Shown: one piece after another, positions 1-7,936 of the stretch
How positions within the stretch are numbered: the stretch's first letter is position 1
Layout of the letters: each line of letters opens with the position of its first letter
Notes under the pieces: generated by a model
What the model was told of the DNA's origin: nothing
The model's database searches: none
Seen by the model: the letters and a program-made list of their open reading frames with translations, nothing else
DNA from: a virus
Lineage: Duplodnaviria; Caudoviricetes
Length of the DNA: 34,970 bases
Strand: one strand, 5' to 3'
Virus record (IMG/VR): IMGVR_UViG_3300020045_006069
Location: 1-34,970 of that record
Translations under genes and position numbers: made by a program

Positions 1-2
1 TC

Positions 3-107
3 CTTAATGCGGGGTGGGAAAAGATATTCGGCGCTGGCGCTGGCACCCCAATGGTGATGTCGTCAGACCCGGATACGCTGGAACTGCTCGCGGCAATGAA
101 CGATTGA
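3..107 (+). CDS. 3' end of a CDS truncated by the window edge (LNAGWEKIFG...AAMND*)
   Basis: Frame 3 is open from the edge to TGA at 105-107; same strand as the next gene. Confidence 0.35.
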   Translation, partial: LNAGWEKIFGAGAGTPMVMSSDPDTLELLAAMND

Positions 108-218
108 CGCGACGTTGCAATCGTGGTATTCTTTGATCCAAGCCGTCCCCCTACCAGTCCTGTAACCCCTTTCCGGACTAACGCCAGTCGGGGGACGGCT
201 CTTTGAAAGGAATCGAAA

Positions 219-461
219 ATGTTCGCACTTTTACTCGCATACTCGCTCACATTCGCCGATTGTCCTGGTGGCGTGTGCCCAATCCGAAATGTCGCGGCAA
301 CGGTCATTCATGCCGCTGGAAACGTCCTACCGCCTTACGGTTTTGCCAGATTGCCCGCCAATGGCCCGAATTCCGTCGCCAGACCGCAACCGGTGCGTAA
401 TCTGGTCCGATTCACCCTAAGCGTGCCGCGTCGATTGGCGTGCCGTTTACGCGGTTTCTGA
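219..461 (+). CDS. Small secreted protein with CPGGVCP motif (planctomycete-type)
   Basis: GAAAGGA RBS upstream; hydrophobic N-terminus followed by CPGGVCP; Arg-rich C-terminus. Confidence 0.65.
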   Translation: MFALLLAYSLTFADCPGGVCPIRNVAATVIHAAGNVLPPYGFARLPANGPNSVARPQPVRNLVRFTLSVPRRLACRLRGF

Positions 462-665
462 AGTGTATAGGAACTGTATAGTCTGCTTTACAGTTATACA
501 GTTCGGAAGGAATCACCACTGTTCCAAGAATCCAGTGGTGACGCTTTGGCGGTAAACGTTAGCAACCGCCTGCGGTCGTAAACGTGTGCCAAGTACGGGT
601 CAGATTCGGCGTTAGTGCTGACCATCGACCTAAGTGAAACGCGCCCTGTCTGGTTTCTTCATTGG

Positions 666-700
666 CCGCGTTCGTTCCCCAAGAGCGAACGCGGTTTTTT
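666..700 (+). terminator. Rho-independent terminator
   Basis: Stem CCGCGTTCGTTC/GAGCGAACGCGG followed by TTTTTT, at the convergence with the 700-903 gene. Confidence 0.75.
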
Positions 701-903
701 CATGCGAAGCCGTACCGCCGTCTATCGTCCGCCAACATGCTGGCATTCTGATCGACTTCATCGGCAATCGTGGCGTACACGCGCAAGCGGTCCTGAAGCT
801 CACGGATGTAGCGGTCTCGGTCTCGAATGGCGCGTTCGGCTTCGTTGAGTTGACGGCGAAGGGAACTCAAGATTTGGATTTCTACCCTTCCCAATGTGGA
901 CAT
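700..903 (-). CDS. Hypothetical coiled-coil protein
   Basis: AGGG upstream of ATG; heptad-like LRRQLNEAERAIRDRDRYIRELQDRL. Confidence 0.55.
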   Translation of the reverse strand: MSTLGRVEIQILSSLRRQLNEAERAIRDRDRYIRELQDRLRVYATIADEVDQNASMLADDRRRYGFA

Positions 904-987
904 TTTTCGACCCCTAGTGTTGCGGTGACATGGGCGTTTGAATTAGAATTGCAGCAATCGTTGTACCACTTTTACGGGCGAGCCTAC

Positions 988-1212
988 ATGATGCGGGCCA
1001 CTGTACTGAGAGTTGAGCGGAATCCCGATGAATCAGCGACGATTGAGATTCAATTTGAAGTTGGGAAAATCAAACACGAATTGACATTGCTCGAGGCGCC
1101 GTCGCATATCGAGGCGCTTGAGGGCACGCCACTGCACATTTCGGGTAGCGAGGTTCACATCCGAGGGGCGGCATGGGCGGTACGGGAAGGGCGATTCCTC
1201 AAGCTCGTTTAG
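988..1212 (+). CDS. Hypothetical protein (3' part of ORF 634-1212)
   Basis: Protein-like composition from ATG 988; divergent from the 903 gene. Confidence 0.45.
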   Translation: MMRATVLRVERNPDESATIEIQFEVGKIKHELTLLEAPSHIEALEGTPLHISGSEVHIRGAAWAVREGRFLKLV

Positions 1213-1360
1213 GCTTGGCACACTTGGGACAGAGCCAGACGAATCGTATGACCGCTTTGGCCTTGGTTAAATCGTTGGCTTGCTTTCGGACCCATCCCGC
1301 CTTGCGAAGATCGGGCAGCGGTCTATCGGGAACGGGTGTCTGGCAACGGGCACAGGTCAT
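1199..1360 (-). CDS. Small zinc-finger protein (53 aa, CARC...CPKC)
   Basis: Manually translated MTCARCQTPV...WLCPKCAKPKRA; GGAG RBS; ATGA overlap with the upstream mini-ORF. Confidence 0.6.
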   Translation of the reverse strand: MTCARCQTPVPDRPLPDLRKAGWVRKQANDLTKAKAVIRFVWLCPKCAKPKRA

Positions 1361-1446
1361 TTGGCGTACTCCCTAACTAATTGCGGCCCGTCTTCGTCGG
1401 GCGATTCTAGGACACGGGCCAAAAGGGCTTCGTAGGTTACGGGCAT
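1357..1446 (-). pseudogene. Truncated TIGR02996 domain remnant (29 aa)
   Basis: MPVTYEALLARVLESPDEDGPQLVREYAK*: first half of the TIGR02996 motif, lacking ADWLEE. Confidence 0.6.
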
Positions 1447-1644
1447 TTACTCGTCGCTTTCTTTTTCCAGATGCCTTGCCGCCAGCTTCAGGGTGTCGTT
1501 AATCCGTTGTCGTCGTTGATGCACCGCCGATGATTGGCCGCATGGTCCCGTGCAGATGTCGATGCGTATGGCTTCGAGCCTGTCAATGAGCGGCATGGCG
1601 TCCCATTCCGACTGTTCCGCGTATAGCTTGTTTTTCTTTGGCAT
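1447..1644 (-). CDS. Hypothetical protein
   Basis: GAGGA RBS; TAA stop directly abuts the next ATG. Confidence 0.65.
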   Translation of the reverse strand: MPKKNKLYAEQSEWDAMPLIDRLEAIRIDICTGPCGQSSAVHQRRQRINDTLKLAARHLEKESDE

Positions 1645-1750
1645 CGGTTCCTCAAGCCACCCAAGGCGGACTCCCCGTCCCGCAAGCAGACTGCCTCGCC
1701 GCGAGCGCGAAGCCTAGCGTAGCGAGCCGCCTTGGGGTGGGTCATTGAGA

Positions 1751-2119
1751 TTAGCTACGGACATGCTCCACTGGTTCATCGCTTGTTGGCTTTGGCCAAG
1801 ATCGAGTCTTGTTCTTGTCCAGCTTCGCCATGCACACCCTTGTTAGCTCCGCATAGCTCATTCCAGACCGCCGCGACGCATCGAAAACAAGAAAAAGGCA
1901 GTCAGCAATTTCTTCGCGGAGTTTGTCGCGACTCCAACCGGGAAGCGACTGAGCGGCCTTCTCTGCTTCCTCGATTGCTTCTTGAGCCTCTTTCGCTAGG
2001 TGCTTCAGTGGCCCAAGCGGTCCTCGCTCAGAATCCTTGCCGAATGTCTCTTGCGACCATTCAGCGTGACGCTCGTAAAAGTCGAGCATATCAACGGCTG
2101 TCATTGTGTACGGTCCCAT
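1751..2119 (-). CDS. DUF550-family dATP/dGTP pyrophosphohydrolase (MazG-like fold)
   Basis: WSQETFG..GPLGPLKHLAKEAQEA..EEIADCLFL..KLDKNKTRSWPKP..EPVEHVR; start refined to ATG 2119. Confidence 0.85.
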   Translation of the reverse strand: MGPYTMTAVDMLDFYERHAEWSQETFGKDSERGPLGPLKHLAKEAQEAIEEAEKAAQSLPGWSRDKLREEIADCLFLVFDASRRSGMSYAELTRVCMAKLDKNKTRSWPKPTSDEPVEHVRS

Positions 2120-2185
2120 CGCCTTCCCTCTCCCCGGCCTCCCTTTCCCGCTCACGCACCGACCGGGGAGTGCGTGGTGGGGAGT

Positions 2186-2449
2186 TTACTGCTGTCTCAG
2201 TTTGATTTCCGCCTCCATCGCGGATGCAGCCCAGTTCAGGACTTCAACCCATTCGTCACACACTTCATTGGCTTGCTCCCGCAGAAAAGCCACCGGGTCG
2301 AATGGCTGCTCATTGGCGGGCTTCGCGGTCAGTTCCGCGAGGCGGCGGGCGGCTTGTTCGGCAACTTCAGCGGTCACGAACAAAACATCTTCGCCCCATT
2401 TGCCTTTTGGGTTGCGCAGGGCGGCGATCAGTTCGGCGTCACTTGGCAT
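2186..2449 (-). CDS. Hypothetical phage protein
   Basis: Overlaps the upstream gene's stop; helical composition. Confidence 0.6.
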   Translation of the reverse strand: MPSDAELIAALRNPKGKWGEDVLFVTAEVAEQAARRLAELTAKPANEQPFDPVAFLREQANEVCDEWVEVLNWAASAMEAEIKLRQQ

Positions 2450-2948
2450 CGTCGGCCGCCAACGGTTCGGGGATGAGACACCATTCTCCGGGGATGTCCT
2501 CCACTCGTGTCATTACGCCGCGATAAACGGTTCTCAGTTTTTCGTTAACCACATATGCGGTGAACTCGTCATCGGTTCTATCGAATCGGTGCAAGTATTT
2601 TCCTACTACCTTTGGCGTCGAATCTTCGCCCGCCTTCGGCCAGCGGGGCAAAGACTTTTTCAGTTCTTCAAGCTCGTTCAGCAGCGTTGCCGCCGCTGTC
2701 TTCCATTCGTCGCGTTCCTTTGTGACGGCGGCCAATTGCGATTCGGATTCGCTAATGAGAATTTCCTGAGTTTTGTAAAGTTCTCTCCATGTGTCGCGGT
2801 CCGTTGTGACGGTGGCGAGTTCAGCGCGAAGGCGTGCGATCTCATCATTCTTTTCGTCCGCCCCGGCATTGACGCAACTGAGGCAGTAGCCCTTGTATTT
2901 ACGGTCCCATCGCGGGTCGTTTTCCTGCCCACAGTTCTTGCAAATCAT
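2439..2948 (-). CDS. Phage protein with N-terminal CxxC pairs and coiled coil
   Basis: CKNC..CLSC; internal repeat LATVTTDRDTW / LAAVTKERDEW; ATGA coupling. Confidence 0.7.
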   Translation of the reverse strand: MICKNCGQENDPRWDRKYKGYCLSCVNAGADEKNDEIARLRAELATVTTDRDTWRELYKTQEILISESESQLAAVTKERDEWKTAAATLLNELEELKKSLPRWPKAGEDSTPKVVGKYLHRFDRTDDEFTAYVVNEKLRTVYRGVMTRVEDIPGEWCLIPEPLAADDAK

Positions 2949-3259
2949 TCTTGTTTCTCCGCAATGAGTGATTCGATGCGTTGCCTGAGTTCGTTGGCCG
3001 TCTCCCTTTTAAGTGCGTAGTCATTGGAACGGTTCGCGTCGCCTCTGTTCTCGTGCCAGAGTTCACGTTGTCGATTTTCTGATTCCACTCGCTCGCATAC
3101 CGCCATAGCTTCCCGCAGCGCTGTCTCGCGTGCCGTGGCGAGAGCGGCTTCCAGTTCTTCAATTCGTTTGTGCTGATAATCAAGCAACTTGCGAGCATTG
3201 GCTACGGCCTCGCCTTGCTTGAGAATGACTTCGCGGGCTTTGGCAAGGGTGTCGGTCAT
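2945..3259 (-). CDS. Coiled-coil phage protein (Ead/Ea22-like)
   Basis: RIEELEAALATARETALREA; ATGA coupling. Confidence 0.65.
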   Translation of the reverse strand: MTDTLAKAREVILKQGEAVANARKLLDYQHKRIEELEAALATARETALREAMAVCERVESENRQRELWHENRGDANRSNDYALKRETANELRQRIESLIAEKQE

Positions 3260-3627
3260 TGGCTTTCAGGCTCCCATCCGGTTTGCAATGTGTGGAGTTC
3301 AGACGATAGCCGCACATTCTCCGTGACGAGGGCGGCGTTCTCGGCTTCCAGTTCGGCGATGCGGGCCGCTTGGTCGATGGCGAGTTGGGCGATGGCGGCG
3401 GCGTGATTGGCGGCATGTGCAACATACTTCAGAACATTTGGCACATTTATTGGAACGCACTCGATTATCGCATATCCGCCGTACACAATACAGGAACCGC
3501 GCCCGTCGCTTTGGCTTGTAACGACACCCCAGTTGAATGCGTCGCTATGATGCCATTCGCACGCTGGAACGCCCTGTTTGTTTCTCAACTCAATCAGCCG
3601 CTTCGCTGCGGCAAGCGTGTCGGTCAT
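3256..3627 (-). CDS. Ead/Ea22-like phage protein
   Basis: YVAHAANH..ARIAELEAENAAL; GGAGG RBS before ATG 3627. Confidence 0.65.
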   Translation of the reverse strand: MTDTLAAAKRLIELRNKQGVPACEWHHSDAFNWGVVTSQSDGRGSCIVYGGYAIIECVPINVPNVLKYVAHAANHAAAIAQLAIDQAARIAELEAENAALVTENVRLSSELHTLQTGWEPESQ

Positions 3628-3986
3628 TTCGCGGCCTCCCATTGACGTAACGCCGCTCGAATCGCAGCGATTAAATCATCGTCCTCGCCTTGCACGCATA
3701 CCGCTCGTGCATTGTCGCGAATCGTGACGTAGTACTCATGGCCGGCGTCGTAGCCCGGATTCGTCTCAATACGCCATGACTGGCCTTTGGCGTTGACGGC
3801 TGCGATCAGGTCATTGATGGCTTGCATGGCCCCACGGCGTTCGGCGTCACGGATGGCGGACGCCAATTGACGTTCGATCTTGGCAACGATTCGGACGGCT
3901 TCCATATGGGCTAGGTCGTCAGTCGGCGTCAACACCTCTCGTTGCATTTGATCTCGCAATTCGCCTTGCGGCATCGTGTCAGACAT
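3624..3986 (-). CDS. Hypothetical phage protein
   Basis: AAGGAG RBS; overlaps both neighbours. Confidence 0.65.
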   Translation of the reverse strand: MSDTMPQGELRDQMQREVLTPTDDLAHMEAVRIVAKIERQLASAIRDAERRGAMQAINDLIAAVNAKGQSWRIETNPGYDAGHEYYVTIRDNARAVCVQGEDDDLIAAIRAALRQWEAAK

Positions 3987-4335
3987 CGTCGGCTCCCTTT
4001 AGCATGCCAAGACGCATAGCGGCGGAACGGCACTCTCCCATTGAAGGCCATGCACGCGGCATTTCTTGCCACATTGGAGCATCGTTTGATGGACGTCTGT
4101 TTGGCGGCAGGGCATCTATAACATCCGCCACTCTTGCAAATGGCCGCAACGCTTCCCGCGTGGCGCGGAGTTCGGCGAGCAGCGTCATAAACGCAATCGT
4201 CGGAACCTTCCCCGTCCCATTGCAATGCTCACACCGAATACCCCTGCTGATCGAAATCATCCCGCTCGCGGGGCAAACAGTGCAAGGCATCACGCGGGCT
4301 GATTCGATTAGGTTGGTGAGTTCTTCATCAGTCAT
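3979..4335 (-). CDS. Phage protein with DnaJ-like zinc finger
   Basis: CTVCPASG..CEHCNGTG; LRATREALRPFA motif common in phage accessory proteins. Confidence 0.7.
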   Translation of the reverse strand: MTDEELTNLIESARVMPCTVCPASGMISISRGIRCEHCNGTGKVPTIAFMTLLAELRATREALRPFARVADVIDALPPNRRPSNDAPMWQEMPRAWPSMGECRSAAMRLGMLKGADDV

Positions 4336-4338
4336 GCT

Positions 4339-4536
4339 TCACTTATCTCCGTTCCAGTTCGGGAAGATCGTCGCCCGCGTCTCGCCCGTCAATCGCTCCA
4401 ACGTTTCCAGCATGCTCAACAAGGCGCGGCGTAGGTTCTCGTTGGTTTGGCGAACGTCAGCTATCTCTTTTCGCAGCGCCGCATTGGCTATTTTCATTGC
4501 CGACATCGAAGGGTGTTCCGGCTTCGCCTTCGGCAT
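4339..4536 (-). CDS. Small coiled-coil protein
   Basis: AAAGGA RBS; fills the gap in the operon. Confidence 0.6.
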   Translation of the reverse strand: MPKAKPEHPSMSAMKIANAALRKEIADVRQTNENLRRALLSMLETLERLTGETRATIFPNWNGDK

Positions 4537-4549
4537 GGGTGGAGTCCTT

Positions 4550-4732
4550 TCATGGCTTTATCTCAAATCTTGCGCACGCCAACTTAACCGCGTATTCCAC
4601 GGCGTCGGTCATCGTTTGGCGTTTGTCACGCTTCTCGGACAGGACCGCCGCCAGCTTTTCAACCTGACGACGCACCGACCGTGTCACACGGAACGATAAG
4701 ACCTCCTGACGTTCGCCTTTGATCTTCTTCAT
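4550..4732 (-). CDS. Ribbon-helix-helix DNA-binding protein, probably leaderless
   Basis: VLSFRVTRSVRRQVEKLA..TMTDAVEYAV pattern; ATG 4732 lies 7 nt after a -10 box. Confidence 0.7.
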   Translation of the reverse strand: MKKIKGERQEVLSFRVTRSVRRQVEKLAAVLSEKRDKRQTMTDAVEYAVKLACARFEIKP

Positions 4733-4739
4733 AGTGGTC

Positions 4740-4774
4740 ATCGTAGGAAATTCTTACTCTTACGTCAAGAGTAA
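4740..4774 (-). promoter_or_regulatory. Sigma70-like promoter with overlapping palindromic operator
   Basis: TTGACG-17-TACGAT; inverted repeat TTACTCTT-N5-AAGAGTAA (4754-4774) over the -35. Confidence 0.7.
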
Positions 4775-4818
4775 TATATAGGGGGTGGTAAAGGCATGAT
4801 TGGCGTGCTGAACAAGAG

Positions 4819-5379
4819 CTACTCATGGCTGAATTCCGTGTCGTGTAATGGCCAACCCGGCTTCAATGGCACAGGCCGTTTGCGTCTCTCTTTTTGTGCT
4901 TTGATCTTTTTCATTCGCTCGCGGCACACTCTCGCCAACCCGTATTCGCTCTTTTCGATGAACCACTTACAGACGAATTCTTTTATCCTTTGTTGGGCTC
5001 TGTCGGTCCAAAAAGTCCAAGCGGCTTCTTCATTCCTGACTCGCACCCAATACCGACGAAGTTGTTTGGCTCGCGGGTCGCCTTGTTCTTCGATGTAGTC
5101 CGCCAGAATCAAAGCGCCTTCGATGTTGTCAAAGAGGATGGTTTTGATGAATGGCAAGAGCGGATTCGTGGCCAGCGAAACGGAATAGTAGCCGAAATAG
5201 TTGGTTTCGTAAGTGATGTAGAAACCACTCATCCTCTCAAAACTAAAACAACCAGCACTGTTTGCCATGATCGAAACATGTCGCCCATAATTGGACGCCG
5301 TGGCTGGACCGCTTATGAAGTTCGGTTCCCAACGATTTAGACGAACGGCAACAACGTCGCCCATCGGATTGCGAGTCAT
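4819..5379 (-). CDS. Protein with an internal degenerate TIGR02996-like domain
   Basis: PFIKTILFDNIEGALILADYIEEQGDPRAKQLR. Confidence 0.7.
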   Translation of the reverse strand: MTRNPMGDVVAVRLNRWEPNFISGPATASNYGRHVSIMANSAGCFSFERMSGFYITYETNYFGYYSVSLATNPLLPFIKTILFDNIEGALILADYIEEQGDPRAKQLRRYWVRVRNEEAAWTFWTDRAQQRIKEFVCKWFIEKSEYGLARVCRERMKKIKAQKERRKRPVPLKPGWPLHDTEFSHE

Positions 5380-5702
5380 CGGTTATCCCCGCATCCTTTG
5401 AGTTTGCCGCGTTCCTGACGCGACTTGAGTTTGGCGATATTCTCCGTTGCCGCGTCGTCCATTGAAATGCTCAAGTCCTCGCACAACGCGGCGATGTACC
5501 AAAGCACGTCGCCGATTTCCTTTTTGATTTCATCGCGTTTCGTGGGGCCGAATATGCCGCACTCGTCCCGCAATACTTTCTTGATCTTCTCAGCCACTTC
5601 GCCGACTTCGCCCGCCAATCCGAGCGCCGGGTACACGATCCGGTGTGTCGATGGGTAAATGGCGGTCTTGATCGCTTCTGTCTGGTATTCATCGAAGGTC
5701 AC
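5376..5702 (-). CDS. mazG: MazG-like nucleoside triphosphate pyrophosphohydrolase
   Basis: YPALGLAGEVGEVAEKIKK..KKEIGDVLWYIA..NIAKLKSRQERG; GTG start after AAGGAG. Confidence 0.9.
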   Translation of the reverse strand: MTFDEYQTEAIKTAIYPSTHRIVYPALGLAGEVGEVAEKIKKVLRDECGIFGPTKRDEIKKEIGDVLWYIAALCEDLSISMDDAATENIAKLKSRQERGKLKGCGDNR

Positions 5703-6006
5703 GGGATCGCTCCTTAAATATCGCTTCAAGAAGAATTAGGTAGTTAATTGCATCACCAATTTTTTCGTCCACCTTATCAAGTTCTGGCGCACCATGATCA
5801 TCAACTAAGTCTTTGATTGAAACCAGATGCTTGACCAGCATTCCCCACAACGCACCGGCTTCACTGGTCCGAGACATTGCAGCGGCTTTCTTGAAGTTAT
5901 GCAACACATCGTCGTCAGTGGCGTATTCGTCCTGCTTTTTGGCGAGAACGTCTCGAATCAAAACTATTCTCTTTTCAAGTAAGTCGTCAAATACGGTTGG
6001 TCTCAT
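5689..6006 (-). CDS. DUF1599/nucleotide-modification-associated all-alpha protein (MazG-like superfamily)
   Basis: LAKKQDEYA..LHNFK..KHLVSI..EKIGDAINYLILL. Confidence 0.7.
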   Translation of the reverse strand: MRPTVFDDLLEKRIVLIRDVLAKKQDEYATDDDVLHNFKKAAAMSRTSEAGALWGMLVKHLVSIKDLVDDHGAPELDKVDEKIGDAINYLILLEAIFKERSRDLR

Positions 6007-6200
6007 TTCACTCCTCCGTCCCGCCATAGCGGGCGTTTATCGCTCTCCGCGTTTCGTGGATGTTGCAACGCGCCGTCGCAACTCCGCAACTTGTCGCCGG
6101 TGTAGTTCGGGTCAATGTGGTCGGGCACAAGGGCGAAGCCGTCCACGTAATCAGATGGGTTATAGAGCCAGCCACAATGGGGACATTTGTACTTAGTCAC
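6003..6200 (-). CDS. Small Cys/His protein
   Basis: GTG start after GGAGG; CPHC..H..C. Confidence 0.55.
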   Translation of the reverse strand: MTKYKCPHCGWLYNPSDYVDGFALVPDHIDPNYTGDKLRSCDGALQHPRNAESDKRPLWRDGGVK

Positions 6201-6430
6201 CGTCGCACCCTCCGCACGACTTCCACCCATCCCGCCAGTTCCTCTATCGGCACCGTCGCCATGACCGGGTACGCCATGCCGGGCCAATCGTAGGCGATGA
6301 TGGCGTACATCCGGTCAATGGCCTCGACGTAGCCTAGGCCGTATTGTGGCTTCCCTTCTGACTGACCGCACCGGACGCGAACAAGGTCGCCCGTGCGGGG
6401 CAATGTGTGGTGGGCGATAGTTTTACTCAA
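6197..6430 (-). CDS. Hypothetical protein, possibly SH3/KOW-like
   Basis: PRTGDLVRV..GLGYVEAI; overlapping neighbours. Confidence 0.55.
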   Translation of the reverse strand: MSKTIAHHTLPRTGDLVRVRCGQSEGKPQYGLGYVEAIDRMYAIIAYDWPGMAYPVMATVPIEELAGWVEVVRRVRR

Positions 6431-6650
6431 GTGGAAGACCCTCCCCGATCTTGGCGTCTAGTGGGTGGAATATCGCTTCGCCGTTCATAAACCGTTCCGA
6501 CATAATTTCAATCTTGCGCTGGCTTCCGGGAGCAGCCCGTGTCGGCTTACGACACGGCTTGATCGTCGTGGCCTTGTTCATGCAATCGCGGCACAAGATG
6601 CCGCTGAGTAGGCGAGTTTGAAGGCAGCGGTAGCACGGGCCGCGTTTCAT
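6423..6650 (-). CDS. Zinc-finger protein with planctomycete-type PT.A.PGS..KI..R..G..FHP.D motif
   Basis: CYRC..CRDC; PTRAAPGSQRKIEIMSERFMNGEAIFHPLD. Confidence 0.7.
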   Translation of the reverse strand: MKRGPCYRCLQTRLLSGILCRDCMNKATTIKPCRKPTRAAPGSQRKIEIMSERFMNGEAIFHPLDAKIGEGLPLE

Positions 6651-6662
6651 GATAGTTCCTGT

Positions 6663-6983
6663 TCAGAGAACATAAACGATTGGCTTGCCCAAGCGTTCGG
6701 CAATCTCAATTTCCGCTTTGATTCCCTTCGACTCATGCCAGCCGTTGAGCATGAGTACAACCACCTTATCGCACCGTTCGATGAACCATGTGTCGAGTTT
6801 CTCCCAATACGTCCAGTCGGTCGGTAGTTCGCCAACATCCGCGATTGGGTGTGTGTGCGCGATTGGAGAATACACCAGTTCTCCACCAGCCATGAGTGTG
6901 GCGGCATAGCGGCACACGTCGACGAATCGTTGTATGCGAACGTTACATTCGGGATGCGAGTAGGGCGATGCGAGGTAGATCAT
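6663..6983 (-). CDS. DUF1937 family, nucleoside 2-deoxyribosyltransferase-like fold
   Basis: MIYLASPYSH..VYSPIAHTHPI..CDKVVVLMLNGWHESKGIKAEI. Confidence 0.85.
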   Translation of the reverse strand: MIYLASPYSHPECNVRIQRFVDVCRYAATLMAGGELVYSPIAHTHPIADVGELPTDWTYWEKLDTWFIERCDKVVVLMLNGWHESKGIKAEIEIAERLGKPIVYVL

Positions 6984-7936
6984 TCTGAGTCAACTCCGAT
7001 CATATTCGGGATGCTGGTCATCATGTCGGGATGTTCGCCTTCGCCGACGATGGTAACACCGTCCTCAAAGAACCCTTCAAACAATCCCTTGTCGCCCGCT
7101 TCGCGTTTGCGAATCGCATCCTCAAGGTTCCTGATTGCCGTTGCATGGTACTCATCTTTAAGTTCGCACCCATAGAATCGACGGCTCAACTTCAACGCTT
7201 CATAGCCTTCCGATCCGATTCCGGTGAATGGCGAAAAGACCACTTCGCCGGGATTGGAGTACAGACGAATCAGACGGTTGATGACGCCAAGTTGAAGCGG
7301 GCATATGTGTTTCGTATCCCCTTCGCCCTTTGTGCCTCTCACATTCAGCGTGTCGGTTTCTTTGATGCCGGTCCAGCACCCTTCGGCCCATTCGATCCAA
7401 TCGTTCCGAGACACTTCGCCGGATGATTGAACCGCTGTTTCGTTGTCGCCCGGAACGCGGAACTTGATGAGATAGTCTTGCAGCGTGCCGCGAGACTTGG
7501 CCCGGTCGCTTTCGAGTCCAGAGAATTGCAACTCTCGCGACTTCGAGCGGATGGCTTGCGCTTGCGGGTTCTTGCGAACGCTCCAATCGTACTCGTAGAC
7601 CAGCCCGGCGCGTTCGCCAAGACGAATGTTCAGGCCGCGAAAGTCGAACAAGCCAACGCCGCCGCTTCGCTTCATGCGTGGTATTTGTGTCACATGAACG
7701 ACAACAACGCGACCCGGTTTAATCACTCGCGCCAACTGTCGATAGAAGAATGACAGATGGAGTTTCGTTTCCGACTTTAAGTCCTCACTGTTGCCAATGT
7801 CGGCGGCGGACGAAGTGTAAGCGTACAGTGACGGGAATGGCGGACTAAACACCGACATGTCGAAGCACGCTTCGGGAAGTTCCGCCATGTGGGTGATGCA
7901 ATCGCCATGATGCACATGGTATTCGCCTTCAAACAT
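6980..7936 (-). CDS. DNA amino-methyltransferase (N4-C/N6-A, beta class)
   Basis: HGDC, motif IV FSPPF, HICPLQ, motif I FSPFTGIGSEG, GCELK; start refined to ATG 7936. Confidence 0.9.
   Translation of the reverse strand: MFEGEYHVHHGDCITHMAELPEACFDMSVFSPPFPSLYAYTSSAADIGNSEDLKSETKLHLSFFYRQLARVIKPGRVVVVHVTQIPRMKRSGGVGLFDFRGLNIRLGERAGLVYEYDWSVRKNPQAQAIRSKSRELQFSGLESDRAKSRGTLQDYLIKFRVPGDNETAVQSSGEVSRNDWIEWAEGCWTGIKETDTLNVRGTKGEGDTKHICPLQLGVINRLIRLYSNPGEVVFSPFTGIGSEGYEALKLSRRFYGCELKDEYHATAIRNLEDAIRKREAGDKGLFEGFFEDGVTIVGEGEHPDMMTSIPNMIGVDSE

Noticed and set aside
1751-2119. 2-aminoadenine (Z-genome) pathway
   Set aside because: DUF550 alone is insufficient; no purZ, datZ or DNA polymerase is visible in the window
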